A stretch of 64,000 nt of DNA, from assembly GCF_036321535.1 (NCBI RefSeq), contig NC_087436.1:5394001-5458000 (forward strand), read 5' to 3'. The stretch is from Camelus dromedarius (Eukaryota). Below the pieces are notes generated by a model, which made no database searches, had not been told where the DNA came from, and saw only the letters and a list, made by a program, of their open reading frames with translations. Made by a program: the position numbers and the translations under genes. Of the stretch, positions 49,556 through 63,276 are shown one piece after another (position 1 is the stretch's first letter; each line of letters starts with the position of its first letter).

Positions 49556-49695
49556 GGGGCAAAGGTGGAGCTCAGTGGCAGAGCGCGTGCTTAGCATGTG
49601 CGAGGTCCTGGGTTCCATCCCCAGCACCTCCATTAAAAATAAACGAGATAAAAATAAATAAACCTAATTACCTCTCTCCAACAAAATCTTTTTAA
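49556..49695 (+). mobile_element. Vic-1-like SINE
   Basis: AGCTCAGTGGCAGAGCGCGTGCTTAGCATGTGCGAGGTCCTGGGTTCCATCCCCAGCACCTCC...ACCTAATTACCTC. Confidence 0.88.
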
Positions 49696-49880
49696 ATGTT
49701 GTACATTCTTTAGATACATCTTCATAGAGGTTTTACAAAACTCATATTAGCTCTTAATGCCAAGACTGAGGGATGGCCCTGATGTGGGTATTGTCTGATT
49801 ATCAGTTTCTCTTTGTTTTAATTTCCAGAAGAACTCTAGAGTCTCAGTACAGTTACCTCAAGTTGAACAGTAAGAAGAAT

Positions 49881-50026
49881 GGGGGGAGGGTTTAGCCCAG
49901 TGGCGGAGCACACGCTAGCATGCACAAGGTCCTGGGTTCAACCCCCAACACCTCTGTTTAAAAAAAAATACACAAATAAATAAACCTAAGATTAACCCCC
50001 CCCCATAAAAAAATTATTTGAAAAAA
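49881..50026 (+). mobile_element. Vic-1-like SINE
   Basis: GGGGGGAGGGTTTAGCCCAGTGG...AGGTCCTGGGTTCAACCCCC...AAACCTAAG. Confidence 0.85.
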
Positions 50027-53000
50027 CGAGAATGGAACAATCCCACCTGGCCAAAAGGTTAACTACATACAAGGGCCAAGAACTTTAAAGAATTCCAGGG
50101 TTCCTCTTCTCTACATTACCTTGTCCGTCCCTCCTCTTCCGTATTTATGGCATGATCATCAGGCACGAAGTCTTGCCGTTTTGTATCATAATATCAATGT
50201 GTTATAGTATCACTCATGAGAGGACTTTAAGTCTCCGCAGAGATTTGCTGTGGAGTAAACATTTGTGGCATCCAGCGTTTGATTCTGGTTTTCCTTTATT
50301 TTGGGATGTGGTCCCACGCAGAATGTCGGAACTGTCCCAGCTGCCCTGCCTTCAGGCATGATTCTCTGGTTCTCTCTTGCTGCAACCAAGAATACTCTTT
50401 TTTTTTCTTTTTAAATTGAAGTATAGTCAATTTGCAATGCTGTGTTAATTTCTGGTATGCATCACTGTGATTCAGTCACACATCATATATTCCTTTTCAC
50501 ATTCTTTTTCCTTACTTTCTTTTCCTTGTCTCTGTCACACACACGCATACACACACATCTGACAATGAGGGGAAAACATCTTATTGTCAGATGTTGATTT
50601 ATTCAACTACATAATCTTTATGTATTTTTAACATTTTCCAAAAAGGATAAGAAAAAAATGTCTTGAGTAGAAAAACATTATCAAGGAAAATTATTTCACC
50701 ATGCATCAAACTTACTTCATCCTTTCCCCTGAACTGGGCATCAGAACTTGGTAACAGGGATAAAAAGAATTATTTCAATGGTGAGGCCAAGAAGCAGCAG
50801 TTTTCCTCCTAAGACTTCATATACTTATCAGAGAGTAAAGCAGCTTGATGGAGCACCCAGTGTGATTGCTTTCACAGGTGCATTCATCACAGAGGAACTC
50901 CTGACCTTAGGGGAGCGGCAGGTGCTCTGTGGGTGAGACAGAGACTCGCCTTCTGCAGCGGGGTGGTCACGGGCAGCGTCTGCAAGGTGGTCTGGGCACC
51001 GTTTACCCCTGAGCCACCCCGAGTGACCGTCCCACACCTACTAGGTCAGAATCTGCAGGGAGCGGGGTCCGGGGACTCCCCCGTTTTCATATGCGCTCTC
51101 TAGGAAGATGCTAGGTTACCTGAGTGAAATTCTGAGGGTAAAGTGTACGTTTCTGCTCAAGGCAAATTTAACTCTTAAAGCGAGAAGTGAGTCATTATTA
51201 ACCCCAACAAATGTTTTGGATCCTGTTTCGCGCGTGTGGAATTTCAGGTTGTAATTTTTACATGTTTCAATGCATCGTTTCATGTGCTAAATTTAGGGTG
51301 ACGACATTTTCTTCATCCAACAGAGAAGGAAACCGTGGCAAATTGTTTCAAACGCTTCCAAATAGGAAGAGCCCTAAGAGTTGGATTAAAGGACATTGCT
51401 TCACAAATTCTAGTTGTGGACACATTTTAATTCCATGCTATTTAGGTTCCTCAAGCTGCTTTTTCCTGCAGCACCACCGTGTCACCATGATCCCCCTGTG
51501 AGGCACAGAATTGGAGCAAGTATTTATCAGATTGTTTGAAGCCATTACCCTAAAGTGTCTCAATGCTCTGTTTAACTTGACTATGACTACTAATCTCAGC
51601 TGTAAAATTTCTACAGGCCATGAATAATCACCCAGAGCCACATTCTGCAGAGTCTGGACTCAATCGTAGGCTGAACTGAACACTCACACGTGTGCCTTTT
51701 GACACCTGTTTTTGGTAGCTCATGCCTGTTTATATGTCAGTCCTGACTTTCTGACGGGTCTGTCTTCTGCTGCCCTGTTTGTTTTGGCTGCAGAGCCCAG
51801 TCTCCTGGTGTTAAGTCCTGCTCTATCTAGTGGCTAGAACCCTGAGGAGTATCTGTCTTCAACTCCTTACCGCACTCTCAGGCGCTGATGTATCAGAGCC
51901 ACATCCCAAGCAGGAAGACTTGTGCGTTTATACAGAGATTTTCAACGTTCTCCTTTCCAGGCAGGGGCTAGTAGGAACCACTGTGTACTTACACGCAGAG
52001 TCACAGCAGCTGGTATAAATGAATTAGTTAAATAGGCATCAGAGGCTCTGAAGAGTCAACAGAATGGCTTAGGGTTTAGAGTGCTGGACATGAGTGTCAG
52101 TGATATATTCACTGGGATCTTGTCCAAACCTGCCCCGGAAGAGGCGATCGTAGTGCCAACCGTTAGGGCATGTTTTGTTTATTCAAAGGTTGATGGGTGA
52201 CATCTTTTAGAAGAGTCACGCGAGGCACCAACATCACTGAACACGTTCATTCTTTTGCTCACCTTTTCCACCTCTATCCCGTCTTTGAAGTCGATCATTT
52301 TTGTTGGCTCATTAATTCAATTTTTCTTTGTTCAACAAATTCCCCGCATGCTGGTGTGGAATTGCTGGGAACGAGGAGACTGATGACAGACGCAGCACCA
52401 GAGAAGGTGCTGCTATTCTTGGCCGCAGACATTTCCAGTCTGAACAATAGCTGTTTTCTTCATAGCTTTCACCAATGTCATATTTTAAGCAGGGATTTTG
52501 TGGGCTCAACTGATGAACGGGAAAGTCTGCAAAAATCTGTTGCAGGAATCTCTCACAGGTAGGCAGGAAATCCGGAGTCGATTATCAGGCCAGAAAGGTT
52601 ATAAAGAGATATCTAGGTCAAAAGACAGCATAAAACTGCTGAAAAACATGGGTCAGAGAGCCCCGTGACATAGTCAGCCTCCTAGACTTCTCTTCCCAGC
52701 TGACTGTGAGTCCGCTGCTTCACGGGGAATAAAACGCCAGAAGACAGGGCTATCTGAAGGTTTAAGCAGTGTTGAGGATGCAAGTTTCATAAGGATAGAA
52801 CTATGTTAAGAAATTTTATTTTACAATTTGATGTGCTAAATCTCTTATCCTCTTTAACAATCACGGTTGCAACCACAATTTCCACAGATCGCGAAGATGC
52901 AAGTCGGGAGTCAATTCCAGAGTTCAGCGGAGGTGAAGGATGGAGACTGGGCGGGGATAAAGGTCACAGGCTCAGCTTAGAGCCACCTGCCTTTCTTGGC

Positions 53001-53499
53001 TTTCCCATTGATGTGGACATGGGAGGTAACACATGCAAAGACAACTGTATCTAATTGCACAAAAAAAAAAAAAAAGGATAGTAATAAGGAGTTTTACGGA
53101 AAAACACCTGAGACCTAGGGAAATTTCCTATGTTTATTCAGGTTATCTTTCTGTCTCTCTAGAGATGCTCAAGCATGATGGTCGTCCCTCCAACACTCCG
53201 AATCTTTTAAACCTTTCTCTTGCCGTCCTGTACTATTTTTCCCCCTCTTTCCTCTTTAGTTCTCTCTTTATCATGTGAATCAAGATAGTCCTTAAACTTT
53301 TCCTTTGGATCACTACCATGACTCCAGCATGTGTACATCATTCTGAGGGTTTACCTCAAAATGTCAATGTGTTACTCTGGGAGATACACCTCTTATTAGA
53401 AAAAGGCGATTGATTGCACTGAGACATCCCAGGTCTTTGCTGGATTCACTTCTGTCAGTTCTCAGACACCGTTAGGGGTCTGGGAGTAGCAGTGTTCAT

Positions 53500-53835
53500 T
53501 ATGATACCCGCTAGCCATATCTGACAATTTAGCCTTTAGTCAACTTAAGTTTACCAAAATTAAAAATTCACTCTCACTTGCCATATTTCAGTGGCTTACT
53601 TGCCAGCTATGCTTTGTGCCTCTCCTATTTGAAAGCACGGTTAGAGAATATTTTCACTGTTGCAGAAGTTCTGTTGGAAACACTGTTCTGGAACCTTCCA
53701 CTCAAGGGAGGCCAGCAGTGCCAGCTTCCTCTGGGCATTTAATAGAAAAGCAGTTTCCTGGGCTCCACCCTAGACCTACTGAATTGTCATCCGCACTTTT
53801 CACAAGATACCTGTGGTTTCATTTGAGGACACATC
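53500..53835. mobile_element. hAT-Charlie MITE remnants (MER3-like, then MER5A-like)
   Basis: AGAATATTTTCACTGTTGCAGAAGTTCTGTTGGAAACACTG (MER3 end) and CCTGGGCTCCACCCTAGACCTACTGAAT (MER5 core). Confidence 0.6.
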
Positions 53836-56225
53836 CAAGTTGCAAAGAGGTCATTTCTGAGTGTGCCTTTAAATATTAATTTTCTTACAGAGACATTAAA
53901 AATCCTTAATTTTTGAATAAACTTATGATCTACGTATTTGTTCTTGAAGATGAATATTCATTTCTTTGCTAAACACCAGGATTCTAAGGTAAGCAGTTCT
54001 TGTAAGGATGGCCTGGGCTTAGATCAGGCTCTGAAGATAATTTGAATTCCAACTCTTGAGATAAACCAGGATCCAAATAAAACAAGCTAATCTGGCTTAG
54101 GTTTTATAAAATCATGCCCCAGATCCCGTCTTTAACTGGTTAAAAATTCAATCGTCTTTGCGGTGGCCAAACAAACAATAATCACATTAATTTATGGTGA
54201 AGACTGTGGTCCATGTCTTTCTTTGAAGTGAGATTGGATTTGTTTTTCTCTGGCTCGGCTTCCTCAGTTCAAAGATTACAATGTGTGTACCTGAATTATC
54301 CAAGAAATTGTTCAAAGTGAAATAAAAAATGTCAGACTTCAAAGCTCGTGGACCCTCATGGAGACCTTTCCCCTCTTGCTATGCTCGGTACTGCTTTTCA
54401 AAGCTGAAAGGCAGGGGAGTGAAAGGATGTGTCTGTACCCTAAGAACTCAGTCCCCACATTGGTTCCCGCTGGCCCGCTACACTGACTAAAATTTCACCG
54501 TTAGGGATTTATCAGTTTATCTCAAATCATATCACCTCCAAAAATCAGTTTTTGGGTTGTTTTTGCAAAGTCCTGGGGCAGTTTTCCTTTACATTCCACT
54601 GTATGAATTCTTTTATCACACGACTGACCTCCAGCTGTGACAGGTGGCTTGTGTTTTAAGGAATGTGGCTGGGTGGGGGAAATGGGACAGAAGGAGGAGG
54701 CCAAGCCCAGCGCGCTCCCTGTGGACACCAGGGGTGGCCGGCCCAGAGACAACTGTCTGTGTGGCCCTGGGATGCCCTGGATGGAGGACAAGCTCACAGA
54801 AAGGGGAGGGGAGGGAGGAGGCTCAGGCTTTGCCCAGGACTCTCATACCTGGAGACGGCTCGCTACACTAGAGCATCTAATGCAGTCAGGAACCTGGTGT
54901 GTGCAGCTGAAGCTGAGTGATTTTTAAAGACTAAGTTTATGAATTAAGCAGATGGAGTTTCGATTCAAAAGTTGCTCCAAGCAAAGGACGCAAAGCAACA
55001 AACACTTTTCTCATACCGATAAAGCTCATTCAAATAACCATTTTATCTTCTAATTTGCATATTTGTGAGAAGGTAATTTTTGGAATTTTTATAACCACTT
55101 CATTGTCATCCAGCTGATGGCCGGGGACAGTAGTGGATTGTAATTCACATACTTCTGGAATATAATAGAAGAGACACTGTGCCTCACCAATGAAGTTATC
55201 ACAGGATGCCACTTGATTAAGAAGGATAAATCAAGAGGAATCCGTTTTAGTAATTAAACATATATATTGTTATGATGTATTTATAACTTTCTAAGTTGTT
55301 CTGTGTAATTAAACAAGTGAGCCATTTCCCATAATTGTTTCTATTAGTTTTTAAAAATTATAATCAGTGTACAATGTTGTGTCAATTTCTGGTGTGCAGC
55401 ATAATGTTTGTGTTTCTGTTGTTATTTCCAGAAAACAGTTCTTCCAAAACCTTAGAGGATAACATGCGTGAATAAATACAGAGAATAACATGACTGGATG
55501 AATATAAGGAAAGCAGAGCTGATAGTGATGTAAATTCTAAGAGAAATAATACGATCTCTAAAGCAAAATCATTAATAAAATTACATTTGTGTAAATCATA
55601 AGAATTCACCAGGATACAAATTAGTTACATTAATAAAAGACTAATCATCATACTTAAGACTATATGGCAAGATTCCTGCCTATGAAAACTTGCTTTTAAA
55701 AAATCCAACTCTTTTTCTTCATCTTTATGATATGATGCATTAATAGGATGAGAATGACATTCTGCAAAAAGTTAATAACAACAGATTCAAAAATGGAAGA
55801 ACTGTCATTTTTTTTCCAGAGTAACACTGTGTGCTATTTGTAATTAATTATTAGAAATAATTATTTAAAATTAGAATTTTATTCACTCCAGTTATTAAAT
55901 CCTCCGAGGACTTCGTATAAAATAGATGTGCTGTAGGAAGTACATTCAGTCCTTTCTAATTAACACAAGTGCTTACATGTATACACATTTTGAGTTTTAT
56001 ATTTAGAGACAACTAAACTTGGCTAGCTAATGTTACTCCTCTTGGATTTCAAAACTATATCCTAAGGAAATTGCTCACATTTTAATTTTTATATCCTCTC
56101 CCAATTCTACAAATACCTGACCTAGTTGCATTACATTTAAATTTAAACTATAAAGCTTCAACCATAAATGTTCAAAAACAACAAAAAATTAAATTATATT
56201 TTGCATGAATACTATGAAAAACGTA

Positions 56226-56743
56226 TGTAATAGGGAAGAAAAAACCTGACTCCGTATTAGACCTGTTCCTTTGGCTCTAACCCTGGGCTCTGTTTCCTGG
56301 GCTCAGTCACACTGGTTCTGCACCTTTTGTAACAGAATGTTGCCTACAGCCTGAAATACACAGGAAAGCCCACCCTCAAGGCTCTGACCTTTAAGGGGAT
56401 AACACTTTTCCAATCATATAGAGGCAAAAAGTTGCAGAATAGAAACTAACACTTGTCTTGTTGGAGGTTTGCAGGACACCATGACCTGACCCACATGGAC
56501 GGCTGCAAGAACAAAGGATTCCTACATCAAGAAGTTTGCAGCAACCAACCACACCCCCTCCCCTTTTTGGTACAAAAGGAGCCTGAATTCTGACTTGAGG
56601 AAGATGGTTCTCCAGGATATTAGTCCCCTGTCTTCTCAGTCTGCTGGCTTTCCAAATAGAGTGGTTATTCCTTGCCCCAACACCCCATCCCTCGATTTAT
56701 TGGCTTGTCATGCGGTGAACAGAACGAGTTTGGACGCGGTAAC
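56226..56743 (+). mobile_element. ERV1-class solo LTR
   Basis: Starts TGTAATAGGG, ends ...GACGCGGTAAC, flanked by a CGTA duplication. A GC-richer ~520-bp block in AT-rich DNA. Confidence 0.75.
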
Positions 56744-59700
56744 GTATCCTTTGCCTTTTATGCCATATTTTATAAATATTTACAATACAGCACTTTGCTC
56801 AAAGCTGCTTGTGCCGTAGTAATGAATTATTAAGAGAATTTCAAGGCTAATTTGATTGGACCCTATTTCTATTTTGCACACTGACTTCAGAATTTAATTC
56901 TAGCATAAGGTACCTTGTTTCTCATGATGACTTGTAGAGTTTTTGTCCAAGGAAAGTAGATAGTCACACCATGCTCTGATTTTCTCTCTCTCTCTCTTTT
57001 GTTCTAACAGTAGATAATTCTGAACTTCATAGTACAAAATTCTAAAAAATAAAGAGAAACAAATGTCCAATCTTTCTTTTGACCGGGCCAACCTTACCTG
57101 TCAGGGGTCAGAAGCTTTTAAATAGGGAGGATTTAATACAGGAAATTTGCTACCGAGGCGCTGGAGGATTTAGGAGCAAAGAGAAACCCCGAACCCTCAT
57201 AGAGTAAGAGCAGGAAGTAGCTCCCAGTCTAGGTCAGGGGAGTAAAAAGAGGTACTCGTACCCCCAGAATCTGGGGCAACTTTCTGCATGGAAGGCCCGG
57301 CCTGGCTGCTCTGCCATCTCTGGGCGGGAGCAAGGAGGCGGAGGAGGCTGGATGCTGAATCCAGCTGGCCCTGCTTGGGTAACGACGATGTCCTCTGCCC
57401 CTCCCGCTGTCCCCTAATCTTCCTCTGGGTCCTGAGAGCTGCTTTTGTTGAAGTCTGTTAGGTGTAACCCGCGGAGTTCCAGCTCGGCTTTGCTGGGTAC
57501 AGTAGGGGGTCGATACAGAACAGAGATACAGTGGGTTTAAAGCCAGCAAGACCATCAGGCAATGATTGACAATGTTTATTTATTATCTTCTTTGAAAATA
57601 CGTCTCAAATTTCATTTAGTGCTAATTACAAATCATATTTACAAAAAATTAATGATTTTTTTTTTTTGCTGCAAAGCTACAGTTATTTGGTACTTGAGTT
57701 CATAGACTGAAAGCTTCTCAATGTTATTCCCAATGGACTTTTTCATGAAAAGTTACTGAAGTGGCAAGTTCAGAGGATGGTGTTGTGTAGACGAAAGAAC
57801 CTTGGATTTTTGCCTCAGAAAAATGGGTTTCTAATCCAGTTTTGATCACTAACTAATTGATTTTAGACAAATCTCTTAAGCTTGAACCTCAGAGTCCTAA
57901 TTGTGGGGATTTATGTGATGATTTCCAATGTCATTTCAAGATTCATAGACTTGAGGGTGTTTGATTCAATAAATTATAGTAGAACAATACAATAAATTGT
58001 GTTGTCTGCCGAACAGTGTAACTGTATGCTATAGAACTTATACATATGACCTTACTTAAAATAATGGTGCAATAAAAAATACAGAAAAATTATTCTATCT
58101 ACCTATTTGCTTCCAGATACATTAGTGTTAAAACTAAAATAAAATATTCTCCTCTGTCATAGCACTTTATTGAAAGACACGTAATAGAAACGGGTCTTTG
58201 TTTTGTACAAAAGAGTTGCATCATTGTTAAGGTGGAGAAAATGCTATTAAATTTGCCCGGAATCAGCAGGGCATTGTAAGTTACTATCTGAATTGTGCCT
58301 TTTTAAAATAAGTGTTCAGATATTGGGGGGAGAATACAAGGTAATTATTTTAAAGGTCAATACATGGAAACTACTGAATGATCAGTCTCATGCATGCAAA
58401 GGGGTTGAGATGTGAAATAATCTTGGATTTGGAAATCTTGCCATCTTTTCCTCAAATGTTAAAATAAGGATCAAAGTGGCATGAGCAAAAATATTGGTTT
58501 CTAAAGCAGGATAACAGTTAGTAGAAGTTAACAAATGGAAAGGACTGACCAGACAAAAATATAAAAGGAAACTTGGAATCTTGATGCTGAACCCAAGTAA
58601 GTAAGGATTCTGGAATTTATTAAAAGGAATAATTTGTGGGCATTTGGAAGCAATCTTTCTGCTGTATTATGCATTCATGAACCCTTCATGAGGAAACTGT
58701 GGCTACTTTTGGTCGCTATACTTTCTAAAAGATGTGGACAAACTAGAAAAGGTCAGGGAAGAATGAGGAAAATTAAGAAAGAGATAGAAAATAGTAACCA
58801 AGGAAAGGTTTAAAGAGTTGCATTCCTCATAACAGAGAAGGGACCCCCCCCCCAACCCTGGGGCAGCCTGACTGCTGTAATTAGATACATAGCGTATCTT
58901 CAGGAGATTATGACTAATTATTATTTTTTCTCCATACCGATGTTTGCTAGAACAAAAGAAAAGATGTTTAATTAAAGAGTATTTAATTGGCATACATCTC
59001 CCCAAGTTAAACGCCTGTTTGTGTTTCTTTGATCTAGAGAGAGAGGTGCTAGGAAGTCATCCTTAGGAAGAAAATTTCCTTTGAGCTCTGGAAATAGATC
59101 CCTGCCCTTTTCTGAGCAAACGCAGTCACTTCCCGGGTCTGTAAAAGGGGCTCTGGGCCTCTGCTGTGTTTTGCCTGCTGTTAGAGCCGGGACTTTTAGT
59201 CTAACGGTCCTCACAAGGGCCGGTGCTGACCTGGACAGAGGGGCAGAGGGGAGTTTTGAGAGTTATAAAGGGAGGGCTCAGAACTGCAGAGACAGTTTTT
59301 GGGAAAATGTGGAAGCAGTGCTCCCTGCATCTGGCTCAGGGAGATGTGCGTCCAAAGCGGGCGGATGCTGGGAGAGATGCGGGGACGCCTCACCTGGCCG
59401 ACGGTGGAGGACCAGCTGTCAACAGAGACCCCGTGTGGCGGGGAGAAGCAATGGCAGCTGGAGGAGAATGAGAAACCCAGCCACCCCCTCCTTGGGCAGA
59501 GGGAGGAGGTGGCCGAGGAAGCAGGCGCCCCTCCTGGGGGATACCCCGGACCATAGGAGAGACCGGAGGGCACCCACAGCCCATCTCGGAGGAGCTCCGT
59601 GGAGGAGCAGCTATGTTAACAGGATGTTTTTAAAGATGAATAATTATAAAGAATAAACACAGATAAGTTGGAAGTATTTAATTATGCACAAATAGAATTT

Positions 59701-60064
59701 CTTTAAGAAAGTTACCCCTAATACACCCAGAGACCCAAATCTTCCGATTATGAACGCTTGTGCTGTCCCGAACCTCTCTTTAAATTCTTCAAGACTGAAG
59801 TATGATATTTATGGCTGTATATTTGACAACAGCCTGTCTCCCCCTCCAGAGAATGCATTCCACAAAAGAAGGGCCATGCATCTCACCTTTGTGTTTTCAA
59901 CACAAGCTCCTTTTAGCTTCACGGGATTACCTTCGCATCAGCCTCTGTCACTGTGGGGCGTCATGTACACTTGACATGTTACTTGGTAAGTAAGAACCAC
60001 TCGGTGAAGAGGGCTTGGATGTCGCCCCTGAACAGTCTGAACGTTAAAGTTGGATACATCATTT

Positions 60065-61540
60065 AAAAAACCTTCCCACAGTAAAAACCCCAGGCCCGGA
60101 AAGCTTCACTCGTGTATCTTGCCAAAAATTTAAAAAAGAAAAGTAAATAGGAAATAACACCAGTCAGACATAAATTCTTCCAAGAAACGGAAAGAAGGGA
60201 AGAGTTCCTCGTTCTTTTTATACTAGCATTCAGCCATCGATTTGGAATTCCCACAAGGAAGTTACAAGAAAGAAACACTACAGACCAGTTGTGGACATAG
60301 ATGCAGACACTCTTCATCAAATGTGTACTTTCCAGTTCAGGAAGTGTGTTTGTGTGTGTATGTATATGTACACGTGCTGATGTCAGGTAGGCTCTGCCCA
60401 TGTGCAGAGTTAAACACTGAGAAACCAGTGTGACTTACCAATCTAAGAAAAAGATGGGGGAGGGGAGAGAAATCACATGACGATTTTGATAGGTTTAGAA
60501 AAATCATACGTATGAAAAATAGATTAAAAAACAAATTTCTTCTATATAGCACAGGGAACTGTATTCAATATCTTGCAATAACCTTTAATGAAAAAGAATA
60601 TGAAGATGAATATACGTATGCGTACGCATGACTGGGACATGGTGCTGCACACCAGAAACTGACACATTGTAACCGTGTCAATACTTCAATAAAAAATTTT
60701 TAAAAATTAATAATAAATGGATAAAAGGAAAAAAGAAAAAGAAAAATCAACTGACAAAATTCAACTGATTCTAATGCTAACTAATTCTCCTGATGAAAAC
60801 CTCTGGGTATACTAGAAAGAGAAGGGAAGTATCTTAACCTCTAAGTAGTCTATAAGAATATCTGAAAAATCCTAGCGTAAGCAGTTTTCACGATGATGAC
60901 ATACTGAAGAGATGTTCCTTGAAATTAAGAATGAGATAAGGATGCTCATTGCTAACACAGCATTCAACACTGTACTGGAGATGAAGCCAGAAAAATGAGG
61001 CATGGAAAAAAGACGGAATAATTGGAAAAGAAAAAAATTAAACAATCGCTATTCACGGACAGTCATTCTGTGCCTAGAAAACATAAAGAGTTTACAAATG
61101 TTTAGAATTGATAATTGAATGTCACAACGTTATTGCATATGTGTCCAATCGACAGAAATCGTTTGCATTCCATCAACAAGATAACCAAAAAAGGAAATGG
61201 AAAAAAATACCATTACAACAGCACCAATAGACGTCAAATATCCAGGAATAAATCTGTCAGAGGAGGTTCAAAGCGTCTACACTGGAAATTAAAATCCTTA
61301 TTAGGATGAAAGAAGACTAAATAAATGGAGGGATAATTTATGATCCTTGGAAGAACAATGCTGGATGCTTCCAAATACTCAGACTTATTATAAAGCCGTA
61401 GTAATTAAAATGATGTGACAGTTGTGCGAAGACGGAGAAGTTGAACAAAGGCGCGGAATAGAGAGCCCGGAAATGGCCCCACATACTGTCATCTGACAGC
61501 GGCAAGTGCTCTGATGTGCAGCCTGTGTTTCCCAAAAAGT
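60065..61540 (+). mobile_element. Old LINE-1 (L1M) ORF2 remnant
   Basis: Degenerate L1 ORF2 text: AAATCACATGA...GACAAAATTCAA, CATTCAACACTGTACTGGA, AGACTTATTATAAAGCCGTAGTAATTAAAA, GGAATAGAGAGCCCGGAAAT. Confidence 0.75.
60507..60739 (+). mobile_element. Short young L1-tail insertion nested in the old L1
   Basis: TSD AGAAAAATCA (60497-60506 / 60740-60749); same family as the 32618 and 38111 copies. Confidence 0.88.
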
Positions 61541-61544
61541 GAGG

Positions 61545-62460
61545 GGCGTGTCCTTCCAGCCGCCGGGTGCTCCCGGGAGATGCTCCCCACTGGCGTCTGT
61601 TTCTGGGGATTGCTGTGGCTGGAGGAGACTGGCCCACTCACGGTCACAGCTGCCTCTGGGGTTGGCTTGCACCCTGGGGCCCATTGGCCCAGCCCCTCTC
61701 CCCCACCGGGGACAACTCTGAAAGGCCATCCCTGCTCCAGACCTCTCTGCAGAGTCCAGAGACCAGAGTCCAAAGAGGGAAGATTTCGCTGGGACATCAT
61801 CACACCTCAGCTTCTCTCTTGTCCAGCCCCATTTCCCGTCTCTCTCCTCCAGCTGTGGGTTCCCCTGAGCACCCTTGAACAAAAGTCTGGCAAAGCCATC
61901 TTCATCGCAGACTCGGCTTCAAGCGGGAAGCCAAGTCGCAGTGGCTCCTGCCAGGAGTGTTCAAAAAAGCAGATGCTGACACGCGACTCAGAGCTGGCCC
62001 ACCTGCCGCTTGGCCGCAGGAGGAAGCTGACTCCTGACACGTCCACCCAGGCGGCATCCAAGCTGCAGCTGCGGGCCAGCGGTGACTGTCCCTGCTCAAG
62101 TAGAATCAAAGGTACGTGCTGTACGGCCGGGGACTTGAGGGACCTGTTCTTTTCCATTCTAGTTGGAAGAGAGGATTGTGGACAGCTGACATGGACTTGG
62201 AACAGACCAGACATTTCCAGCCCTTTACAGCTTTGCCCCAGGGCTGTGTTCGCCCTCTTGCACTGTCCAGATGTGGTCCCAGGAGACCTGTGTCCTCAGA
62301 ATGACCCACAGAACATCACATGGATCCACGGTATTCATGCCATGATGCTAATTGGACCGGATGAGCCAAAGTGGCTAGCGAATTGGAAGCCTTGATAAGA
62401 CCCATGTGCCCGAAGTGGGGAGTCAGATCCACAAAGATCCAGGGGCCCATCACGTAGGCG
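61545..62460 (+). mobile_element. ERVL remnant: LTR16-like LTR (~61545-61940) + degenerate reverse transcriptase fragment (~62100-62460)
   Basis: GGGACAACTCTGAAAGGCCATCCCTGCTCCAG (LTR16-like). Translations DLRDLFFSILV...FTALPQGCV...NITWIHGIHAMMLIGP resemble ERVL RT DLANAFFSIP...FTVLPQGY...ITLVHYIDDIMLIGP, with catalytic YIDD lost. Confidence 0.75.
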
Positions 62461-63276
62461 ACGCCCTCCTGTCTTCAGGTTTCTCGACTGTAATCTAGGT
62501 CAGGTAATGTGCGTGCATGTGTGCGTGTGTGTGTGTTTCCAAACTGACAATCCTTATAATACTGCATTTCTTGGGTATGTAATCTGGGGCACATTACTTC
62601 CTTGGAACTTATTATTCCCATCTATAAAATAATTTCCTAACTAATAGCCCATAGGAAATTTATGTCCCAAGAAATAGAGTTTTGTAGCGTAAGATATTCT
62701 GGTACTATTGTCTCTGAATAGGAAATTCAGCCTGTAACTTCCATAGCATCATTGTTTTGTATTGTGAGGATTCTGACTTTCAATTTCCTGAATTAAAGGT
62801 TCGTCGTTAGCCATCCATTTTTAATTTCCTTTATTAAACTTTTCTTAATATATCAAAATCATGTTGTTGCTGCCTTAAAATCTTTTACGCTTTTTTTTTT
62901 TGTTCTCTGCTAGTTTCTGTTTGAAGTATCTTCTTGTATTATTTTAGGAATTCATTTTTTATTTCCCTACTCCTAGCTGGTAAATGTCTTACCCAGGTGG
63001 TGAGAGGTTAGAAATGAATTCTGTCACCAGTTGGCAGGAGCCCATGGACTGGCAGCCTGACCTGCGGGTTGAGTGCCTCTATTTAGAAGACACAAGTTTA
63101 AGAGGCACTTCTCCTGACTTCCTGTCCCCTGGCCAGTCCTCTTTTTAGGGGACACTACAGATAAGAGCTTTATGCTTTGCTCCGAGCTGCAATCACAAAG
63201 TGCTGCTGGTTATTAATTTTTTTCCATCTTCTTCAATAACAAAAATTAGACAAAGCAACTCTTTTATATTGACGCC

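Noticed and set aside
61514..62395. 293-aa ORF
   Set aside because: Runs through an LTR into frameshifted ERVL RT lacking the YxDD motif; a decayed retroelement rather than a domesticated gene.
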